40,000 nt of DNA from an uncultured Alphaproteobacteria bacterium (GTDB lineage: Bacteria > Pseudomonadota > Alphaproteobacteria > Rhizobiales > Rhodomicrobiaceae), in NCBI GenBank assembly GCA_963749875.1, contig CAVVOX010000002.1, forward strand, positions 1,615,372 to 1,655,371, written 5' to 3'. Below are positions 19,301 to 26,238 of the stretch, one piece after another (position 1 is the first letter of the stretch; each line of letters opens with the position of its first letter). Under the pieces are notes generated by a model, which searched no databases, was not told the origin of the DNA, and saw only the letters and a program-made list of their open reading frames with translations. A program made the translations under genes and the position numbers.

Positions 19301-19850
19301 GGCGCGTGCCGAAGAGGACCGCGAACAGCGCCATGGTGATGGCGATCAGGAAAGTGGCGTCCCCGAACGGGTCGGCGCCGGGCAGGAACGGGGCATAGAA
19401 GGTCGGCTGGACGACCGTCGCGACCGACTGTGAGACAGCCTTCAACTGCAGGGCGATATAGGGCAGCACGCCGGCGACGGCGATGACCGTCACGACGGCG
19501 CCGACGGCGGAATTCTTGCCGTAGCGCGCCGAGAGGAAATCGGCGATCGAGGTAATGTTCTGAGACTTGCTGAGCTTTACGATCCGTTCGATCAGTGGCC
19601 GCCCAAAGGCGAAGACGAAGATCGGCCCGAGATAGACGGCGAGGAAGTCGAGACCGCTCGTGGTGGCAAGACCGACACTGCCGAAGAAGGTCCAGGAGGT
19701 GCAATAGACGGCAAGCGACAGCGCATAAATCGTCGGCCGACCGCCGGTCAGATTTCGCGATTTGACGTGCTTATCGCCGAAATAAGCGACCGCGAAAAGA
19801 AAACCGACATAAGCCAGCGCAACAGCTACGACGATCCAGCCATCAATCAT
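16323..19850 (-). CDS. hybrid sensor histidine kinase with N-terminal SSS-transporter-like domain, CrbS-like
   Basis: 1175 aa. Consists of an approximately 500-aa polytopic SSS-like domain, a PAS-like segment, an H-box (AAASHDILQPLNA), a HATPase (HDTGSGIP, GIGLGLSIV) and a C-terminal receiver (LCIDNEP...ILADYHL). Confidence 0.9.
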   Translation of the reverse strand: MIDGWIVVAVALAYVGFLFAVAYFGDKHVKSRNLTGGRPTIYALSLAVYCTSWTFFGSVGLATTSGLDFLAVYLGPIFVFAFGRPLIERIVKLSKSQNITSIADFLSARYGKNSAVGAVVTVIAVAGVLPYIALQLKAVSQSVATVVQPTFYAPFLPGADPFGDATFLIAITMALFAVLFGTRHVDATEHQEGLMLAIATESVVKIAAFLIVGTFITYWLFGGIGPLMDRAAEHPDIIGLFAKGFHGGNWITVTFLSAVCILLLTRQFHVTIVENNSEREIGRATWLFPLYLIAINIFVVPIAVAGLLTFRDGSVDADMYMLALPITNGGGILTIIAFVGGLSAATAMVIVELVALSIMICNDLVVPVILHRFKLADGEQGDLSGLLLHIRRIAIFAILLLAYLFYHLVGDTYGLARIGLLSFAAIAQFAPAFFGGLIWRNATARGAVAGILAGFGMWAYTLLIPYFVQAGILTSDIMQEGLFGLQLLRPEALFGLELDPLPHGVLWSMMANVAAYILVSKLRAPEPIERLQANIFIERNFVRSTAPSFRAWRTSVTVGDLMQTVGRYLGEERTERSFTDYMTTRNMDLAPKAEADIHLMRFAENLLASAIGTASSRLVMSLTLRRHDVGMKSALKLLDDASEAIQYNRDLLQSAIDHVHQGIAVFDRNLQLICWNREFREMLKLPQSLGRVGVTLDKVVRHLAGRVVKDPARLESFVSNRLRKYIVTLETFHERLDDGRRVVEVRTNAMPQGGIVTTFTDITDRVAAANALERANETLERRVRERTAELTQVNMALAEAKIKADEANLDKTRFLAAASHDILQPLNAARLYTTSLIERKAPEELQHLANNVDASLEAVEEILNALLDISRLDTGALKPEIGTFTLSELLQQLKVEFEPLAEGRGLELIVMPCSLTVQSDRRLLRRVLQNFLSNAIKYTKKGKVLLGCRRRGRDLRIEVHDTGSGIPPDKHEVIFKEFHRLNSGAPSVHGIGLGLSIVERISRMLDHPIHLFSKPGVGSVFGLIVPIADQVSAERRVAFVSPGQWGSLEGCTVLCIDNEPAILDGMGMLLQNWRCRVLKAVGLAQALQLIAEEAAMPDMILADYHLEEETGIDCIDTIRREAGYAVPAILITADRSPDVEAQARGKQLYLLRKPIKPAALRALMSRLHLRRAAAE

Positions 19851-20032
19851 CGACTGGCATTTCCTCCCTCCGGCAGCGGGTCACGGTGTAAAATGGCAAT
19901 TGTGCCGCCAGGAGCATTGAGCCTGATCTTTAGACGTATTGTGTATTATAACATAATGCCATGAACCCACAGGGTTAAATCCTGGGCGTAACGCAAGACA
20001 CCGTTCGCGAGTTCCGGCCATCGATTTCTTGC

Positions 20033-20061
20033 TTGGCTTCGCCCTCAATTCTTCGCTAGAA
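20033..20061 (+). promoter_or_regulatory. candidate sigma70-type promoter of the tRNA gene
   Basis: TTGGCT-N17-CTAGAA, ending 12 nt before the mature tRNA 5' end. Pattern match only. Confidence 0.3.
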
Positions 20062-20073
20062 GCAGACGGGTGT

Positions 20074-20150
20074 GGGCCTGTAGCTCAACTGGTTAGAGCC
20101 GACGGCTCATAACCGTCTGGTTGCAGGTTCGAGTCCTGCCGGGCCCACCA
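20074..20150 (+). tRNA. tRNA with anticodon CAT (elongator tRNA-Met, or tRNA-Ile2 if lysidine-modified)
   Basis: Hand-folded cloverleaf: acceptor GGGCCTG/CGGGCCC, D arm GCTC..GAGC, anticodon arm GACGG-CTCATAA-CCGTC, T arm GCAGG-TTCGAGT-CCTGC, and an encoded CCA. Confidence 0.9.
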
Positions 20151-20458
20151 TTTTTGTTTGCCGGTTGCCGTCGGCCAACCCAACCGGCGGGTTCCGGTTC
20201 GAGGATACTCCTCTCACCTCCATCATTTGATCTTTTGCCCCCTGACGCGATTAACATCTTGAAAAGTATGCCTAATTCAGAGGATCGAAAGCCCTCGATC
20301 CGGCGGTGAGGCATTTACCGGATAAACGCCAGCCTGCGCACCATTCTCCGGACATCCAGATTGCCGATTTCTCAGAGTTTTCAACGCCATCCCTTTTGTG
20401 ACAGGCAGCCGGCAAACAACAGTTGCGACTTTCTTCGCATCGCCGCGCGCGATGAACA

Positions 20459-21803
20459 TTGGCAATCGCAATCGGATATTTCATGATCAGCTTCGCCGCG
20501 GCAAGGTCCGGCTGCGAGGGAGCACTGATGGATACAAGATCTGAAGATCGCAGCGCCTTTGATGGCAGCCCCGCTTTAGCCGCCGAGTCAGTTGCGTCCG
20601 ACGCTCAGGACACGACTCAGAAATATCTGCTGTTCGCTGCAGCATTCGCATTCTTCTGGCTCACCGCCTCCATTATTAGCGACAGCGGGATGCGTGAGCT
20701 CTTCGGCGCCGACTCCCCGCAATATGAACAGCTCGCAAACGGCGAGGTTCTCGATCGCATAACGCGCTTTCATCCCGTTACCGTCGCGATCTCCCTTATC
20801 TGGGTGAAAACGATCGGCGCAATTTTCCCCAAGATGTGGCCTTCCGATATTCTGACAGCTCTGTTTGCCTTGATCGGAGCCATTGGCGTTTGGGCGGCAT
20901 CATCGGCATTTTCACTGCTGGTCCCAAAGCGCCTCGTCCCGATTTGCGGGACGATCTACGCTTGCTCTCTCGGTGTCTGGTACTTCTCAAGTATCCCTGA
21001 AGTCCAAGATCGTCAGTGGAACGCTGGTTGCGATCTATATCGCGCTCTATTTGCGGCTGAGACTCCATTGGACTCTTCGGGGGGCTGCGTGGCTGACACT
21101 CGTCCTTTTCATCGCGTGCCTGAATGAAATCGTCAGCGTCTTTCTGGTCGCGATCCCTGCCGCGGACATTTTGTTGAGACGCGGCATCGATTTTCGCGCA
21201 GCGCGCTGGATCGCCATCCACGCCCTGGCCTCCGCATTACCTGCATTGTTCGTTCTGGAAATTATCGTAGGAAGGCTCATACTTTCCGAAGTAACGGATC
21301 CCGCAAGATCCTCGCTTTTCACCATGTTCTGGTATTATATCGAGCGCGCGGAATATACATGGTATAATATTTATAACTTCATTTTGAATTGGTTCGTATT
21401 CAGCATTGCGGCGCCAATGCCATTGCCGCAATATGTCGATCAGCCCATTTCTTATTTTGAACCCGCGCTTATAAACTATTTCAGAAGCACAGCTTCATCC
21501 GCCGTCATTTTCTTAATGGCGGCTATGATCGTAACGCCACTTCTCCCCATGTGGCGCAATTCTTTTCGGGATTTTCTACCGATTTGCCTTGCTGTTATCG
21601 CATATAGTTTCGTTCGGGGCTTGTTCTTCTTCCTTTATATTCCCGGCGAAAGCTTGATTTTTACGCCCTCGGTCGTCTTAGCCCATCTGATTTTCATCCT
21701 GATCCTATTTGCGAATTCGCGTTTTCCGGCGAAGGCAACAGTCCTTGTCCTGTTTGCCGTCGCGCTTTTCCTTACAAATCTCAACTTTATGATCGCTTCC
21801 TGA
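20459..21803 (+). pseudogene. polytopic membrane protein (GT-C/polymerase-like shape) split over two reading frames near 20995-21010
   Basis: ORF 20459..21127 is membrane-like up to ...GVWYFSSIPE and then turns polar. ORF 20883..21803 starts with an Arg/His/Ser-rich stretch and becomes membrane-like from ...KSKIVSGTLVAIYIALYL. The two overlap by 245 nt in different frames. The 3' half is AT-rich. Confidence 0.55.
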
Positions 21804-21839
21804 CATGACCCGGCTGTCCGCCGGATCTTTCAGCCGATC

Positions 21840-22400
21840 CTAAAAGCCTGTCCAAAGCGTATATTGACCGACCGCGCCATGGGCATTGAGAGCGATAGCG
21901 CGGCAAGGCGCGAACTCCGTTAACTGGGCAGAGATGATCTGCACGCCATATCCGTTCAGAGCCTCGCCGGCCCGTTCGCTCAGCTTCACTCTGAAGCCTT
22001 CACGGTCGCCTTGGATTTCTTCCAGCGTATGCTTGCTGACCTCGTCATATATGGCGCCCTGAGATCGCTCCATGACATCTGATGGAAGATCTGCAATGTG
22101 GGCGAGCGCTTGCACGACGTCGTTAATATAGTATGTCACGAGCGCGCCAACCAAGACGGTCTTGTGGTCGCTGGTCATAACGACCTTGGACTGTATCAAC
22201 TGCGTTTGCCGCACCGTCATAATCTTCTTGTAGGTTGTCGCCACGGGCCAGTACCAATGCAGTCCCGGCTTCCATTCTCGTATGTGGCGTCCCCTTACAA
22301 ATGCGACAGCGCCATCCGTGGCGGGAATGATTACCAGCCAGGGGAGAAGCCTGAGGAGAGCCTGAGCGATCTCTCCAATCCATCCTAAAGCCCTGTCCAA
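21840..22400 (-). CDS. short SPFH (stomatin/prohibitin/band-7) domain protein with N-terminal membrane anchor
   Basis: 186 aa. The pattern GAVAFVRGRHIREWKPGLHWYWP...VMTSDHKTVLVGALVTYYINDVVQA...HTLEEI...NGYGVQIISAQLTEF follows the SPFH core (G-V-FG-..PGLH..P / T.D...V.V...V.Y.I.D). Confidence 0.6.
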   Translation of the reverse strand: MDRALGWIGEIAQALLRLLPWLVIIPATDGAVAFVRGRHIREWKPGLHWYWPVATTYKKIMTVRQTQLIQSKVVMTSDHKTVLVGALVTYYINDVVQALAHIADLPSDVMERSQGAIYDEVSKHTLEEIQGDREGFRVKLSERAGEALNGYGVQIISAQLTEFAPCRAIALNAHGAVGQYTLWTGF

Positions 22401-22519
22401 AGGTCACCTCCAGATTTTAGCGATCATCTTGCGGAAGATATCGCTCATGCAGAATTGGTAGGAACGCGTTCGGCCCGCGCCTGAGATCATGAGGAATTGA
22501 GCAGAGAGCCGACTAGCCC

Positions 22520-22640
22520 AACGTGCGTCCAAGCATGTCCCCGCGAAGGTGGGGATGGACGCGGGAACAGTTGCGCTCGTCTTTTGATATAGATCAACTT
22601 AACCTCGTTCAAATGATTCCACTTGAACGAGGGTTGATCT
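22520..22640 (+). repeat. 121-bp structured intergenic repeat, copy 1
   Basis: Aligns without gaps to 39154-39274 with 13 mismatches (hand count). Contains two hairpins: GCGTCC..TCCCCGC-GAAG-GTGGGGA..GGACGC and GATCAAC..CCTCGTTCAA..TTGAACGAGG-GTTGATC. Confidence 0.85.
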
Positions 22641-22683
22641 GGATCCTGTCGACGGTTCTCACTCTGCGTCAAGGCTTTTCTGT

Positions 22684-23961
22684 TCAGTCGAGGGCCGTAT
22701 TTGCGACCATATTGGTGACGACTCCGATGCCGTACCCATCCAGTCTCATCTTGCCGCTGAACTTTTCTCGAACGATCTTTCCGGAGCTCTCGGCGTCCAG
22801 CCGCAGCAGCTCCTGGCAATCGTTGAGCCTCTCGTCCCAGTCCGACGCCTCCAACTCCAGACGTTCCGGCGTGGTGTTGACGAAAACACCGCTTAGCTGA
22901 CCGCTATCGTCCCAGGAAACAATCGAATCCACGGCAACATCGTTGGGGTAATGATCGGGGAAACAGACCCAGTCGCCATATCGCACATGCTGGGCAAAGA
23001 GCTGCTTGCCCAGGCAAGCCGGGGTCGCCTCGCCATCCATGCTTATCAGACCATACGCATCATCGTTGGCGGTCGCGGTCCATCGCATCTCCAGGTCTGC
23101 GCCACCTCGGATGAGGTGAATAAGGGCCGAGGCGTAATATGCCGCGCCAAAAGCCGTCTGGTTCAACCCACCGACAAATTGGTGGTCGTGATTGACTACC
23201 GTGTTCAGCTCGCCGCAGATATTCAGAATATCGCGACCGGCCAGAATCTTGGCGACCGCCCGGGCCCTGGCCTCGTATTGGGGCGTCTGGGCCATCAACA
23301 AGGTCTGGTATGACGCACCTGCCGGCGCATCCGGATCCCCCCTAAGATCAAATCCCAAGGTCGCACTTGGCACCACCGGGCGCCAATCCCCATAGTGATG
23401 CCAGGAGACGAACCGGACGAGCGACTCATCGACCTCGTTGACCAGTCTGGAAACCCAGTCCATCCAATAGGGCTGGAACCCGCAGAGCGCCGGCCCGCCG
23501 ATCCGGGCCTTCTGCCCGTTGAGATAGGGCTCGATCAGGCGGTGGACAGCTTGCGCGACCTCCTCATAGATGCGGCGATATTGCGGGAAAGTGAGGTTGC
23601 CCCCCACCTGGTAATTGTTCGGCTCGTTCCACACACACCAATACCAGTCCCGGACGGCCTCGCCGCCCCATTGCTCGATACACCCCCAAACGACGTCGGC
23701 GCAGCGGGCGACGAAAGTCCGCAGGCTACGCGGATCATCATGAGGCGGATGATATTTGGCAAAGGTTACCATCGGCACCGCGCCCATATCCAGGACACCC
23801 TGCACGTAAGCGGCAAACAGCGCCCATTCGGTCACTGGATCGGGCACGGGCTTGTCGAAGACAAAGATCCGCACGATTTGCGTGCCCATGAGACGATGAT
23901 GGTGCCCGATCCGCTCGCGGTGCTCACCCGAGCGACAAGTGCCACCAGCCGTCGACTTCAT
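22684..23961 (-). CDS. clan GH-A-like glycoside hydrolase (GH39/GH5-like), no signal peptide
   Basis: 425 aa. Has CVWNEPN (acid/base Glu motif), VSWHHYGDW, and ICGELN as a candidate nucleophile. The N-terminus is uncertain because an ATG-initiated 37-codon frame at 24037..23924 may be the real 5' end. Confidence 0.6.
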   Translation of the reverse strand: MKSTAGGTCRSGEHRERIGHHHRLMGTQIVRIFVFDKPVPDPVTEWALFAAYVQGVLDMGAVPMVTFAKYHPPHDDPRSLRTFVARCADVVWGCIEQWGGEAVRDWYWCVWNEPNNYQVGGNLTFPQYRRIYEEVAQAVHRLIEPYLNGQKARIGGPALCGFQPYWMDWVSRLVNEVDESLVRFVSWHHYGDWRPVVPSATLGFDLRGDPDAPAGASYQTLLMAQTPQYEARARAVAKILAGRDILNICGELNTVVNHDHQFVGGLNQTAFGAAYYASALIHLIRGGADLEMRWTATANDDAYGLISMDGEATPACLGKQLFAQHVRYGDWVCFPDHYPNDVAVDSIVSWDDSGQLSGVFVNTTPERLELEASDWDERLNDCQELLRLDAESSGKIVREKFSGKMRLDGYGIGVVTNMVANTALD

Positions 23962-24063
23962 TGAAACCGTAGCGCAACTGCATCCGTTGCGGGGCCAGCC
24001 GGGAACGGCAAGGCCAGTCTTTGTTGTCCAGCATCATCGAACTTTTGTCATTGGCTGAGAGAG

Positions 24064-25119
24064 TCATGATTGGATAATATCGATCAGCTGCCGCAGCCGG
24101 GGCTGCGGGCTATGATGTCTGCGGAACTCGTCCCTAATCCCACGCACGATCTCGGCATAGTGTTCGGGCCGCCGAAGCACATCCTGGATCTTTTCCGGCT
24201 GGCCATCACCTGACAGGACCAATTGATCGGCGGCAGCATCACCGTAGATACTGCGAACATAATCAGCATCCAGAACGAACAGAGGTACGGTGCCGGCCGC
24301 GGGCGTCTCGAAGGTCCGGCATGTCACCATCCCCAGACGTTCGAATAACGGCCGGTACACCACGGGGTTCATCGCGCCGCGACTCATCGTGGCAATAACT
24401 TCTGAGAACGGGATCGGCGGAATCGCCTCGACCGCCAGCTTTTTCATATAGTCGTAGTCCACATGGTAGACGTCTTCCATCCGCATTGGCGTTGCCCAGT
24501 CCGGCAGCGCGTCCCATCCATATCCGAACAGGCCGATCCGGCCGACCTCATCGCGTATCGGCTCAACCGCGCGCAAGACCTGCTCCATCCCGTGCCAGCG
24601 GAATTTCGAATGCCCGACATAGACGATATCGAAATCCTTGGCCGAGAAGTCCAGAGGGGCCTCCCAAGCCGGGTCGTACAGGTGAAAAAGGAAGGTGCCC
24701 ACATTCGGGCGCAGAGGATGCGGCGTAGGCTGATAGATCTTGTCCGCCACCGCATCGCAGAAGTCCACATAGGTCCGGCTCTCTTCCGCGTTTCGGTGAT
24801 TGAAGTCGCCGTGGATCTCCACCATGTCGTTATAACGGCCATCGCAGTCGATCACGACGCGCCGCTCGCGTGGCACGGACGATATCAGCCGGAGCCAATC
24901 CATCTGGTCTCCGGACAGCAAATCCGTCGTCCACTCGAAGATGAACACCAGCGCATCGGCGCCGCTGAGATCGATGGAGTAGTCCAACGGGATCTTGGGA
25001 TTTGGCCACCCATAGACTGTGGCCTCGTGCCCGAGTTCCTTGGCGGCGCGAGCGTAGCCTTGAAGGTCCAGCTCGCTTCCCTGGTTCTCATAGGCATAAT
25101 AGACAAAGACAATTTTCAT
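24064..25119 (-). CDS. CgeB-like (Glyco_trans_1_2-like) GT-B glycosyltransferase, paralog 1
   Basis: Starts MKIVFVYY. Has motifs DCDGRYN, YVGHSKFRW, RPLFERLGMVTCRTFETPAAGTVPLF and RRPEHY. Alignable along its length with the two upstream genes. Confidence 0.6.
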   Translation of the reverse strand: MKIVFVYYAYENQGSELDLQGYARAAKELGHEATVYGWPNPKIPLDYSIDLSGADALVFIFEWTTDLLSGDQMDWLRLISSVPRERRVVIDCDGRYNDMVEIHGDFNHRNAEESRTYVDFCDAVADKIYQPTPHPLRPNVGTFLFHLYDPAWEAPLDFSAKDFDIVYVGHSKFRWHGMEQVLRAVEPIRDEVGRIGLFGYGWDALPDWATPMRMEDVYHVDYDYMKKLAVEAIPPIPFSEVIATMSRGAMNPVVYRPLFERLGMVTCRTFETPAAGTVPLFVLDADYVRSIYGDAAADQLVLSGDGQPEKIQDVLRRPEHYAEIVRGIRDEFRRHHSPQPRLRQLIDIIQS

Positions 25120-25148
25120 GCCTGGGGCTTTCAAACTGCGCAGATGGA

Positions 25149-26238
25149 TTAATCGGAGAGCGCGGTGACGAGTTCCTCGACGCGGCGGCGATAGGAGTGA
25201 TGAACCGCCATGTAGCGCCGCGCGTCTTCGACGATCTCCCGGTAGTGGTCGGGCCGTTGCAGTGCGTCCATGATCTTTTCGGCAACGCGGCCTGGAAGCG
25301 TCAGCTCCCGTCCCGCCGGACCGTAAACAGCTTCAGCCAAATCATCCTCAAGCATCAAAAGAGGAATCGTATCGGCGCAGAATTCCTCGAAATAGCGCAG
25401 CGTAAGGTGTCTTACATGCTGCAGAAATGGGCGCTGTGTAAAGATGTTGATACGCCCAGTGCTCATCGTGCGGATAACATCGGTGAAAGGCACTGGCGGC
25501 TTTATCTGGATGCGCAGCTTACGGAATTTCTCGGCCTCGACGCGGAAGGCTGGTTCGAGATCGAGCTCTGCCGCCCACTCCGGCACGGCGTCCCACCACA
25601 AGCCAAGAAATGCGATCTCGCCGATATCGCCGCAGAATCTCCTCGAAGGCCGGTAAGAGCTGCTCGGACACCTCTTTCCAGCGCCACCAATTGTGCCCGA
25701 CATGGAGGATATCATATTGCTTGGGCGGGGCGGTTTCGGGGTCGATCACAAGAGCAGGGTCAAACCCAAAGATCGGAAGCGTCGTCACCTTCGGATCATC
25801 GGAGGGCACGATTGTCGGCTTGATGATTCGGTCGGAGAGTGCGTCGTAAAACTCCAGCCATTCCGCGCGTTCGGCCTCGTCATAGTGGCTGCGGTCATAG
25901 CCATCGACAATGGTGAACGGATTGTACCGGCCATCGGCGTCCAGAATGAACCGATGCTCGCGCGGAATGGTCCCAAGCAATGCGACTTCCTGCAGCCGGT
26001 TGACCCGATGCAGTTTCGACTCCAAGAGATAGATCACACGGTCGAAAGCGCTGGGGTCTGTCGAAAAACGGGCCACCTGCTTGTCCGGCGGCAGATACAA
26101 GCCATCGACCACGAGCGGCTGAGAAGGACCGTGGAACGCGATCTCATGACCCAGCTCCGCCCCGACGCGGATATAGTTGGCGATGGCATGCGTGTTACCC
26201 GCATTGCCCCGGTACTCGATCACGAACAGGATCTTCAT
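25149..26238 (-). pseudogene. CgeB-like glycosyltransferase, paralog 2, disrupted by a 1-nt frameshift near 25635
   Basis: ORF 25519..26352 (true ATG 26238, MKILFVIEY) and ORF 25149..25715 join as ...LLPAFEEI/CGDIGEIAFLGLWWDAVPEW. This aligns without gaps to VLRAVEPIRDEVGRIGLFGYGWDALPDW of paralog 1 if one C at about 25635 is skipped. Confidence 0.7.

Noticed and set aside
20196-20203. GGTTCGAG downstream of the tRNA matches 8 nt of the tRNA T-arm region. It was considered as an att-site remnant.
   Set aside because: The match does not extend beyond 8 nt, no second copy was found near the far end of the AT-rich region, and there is no integrase.
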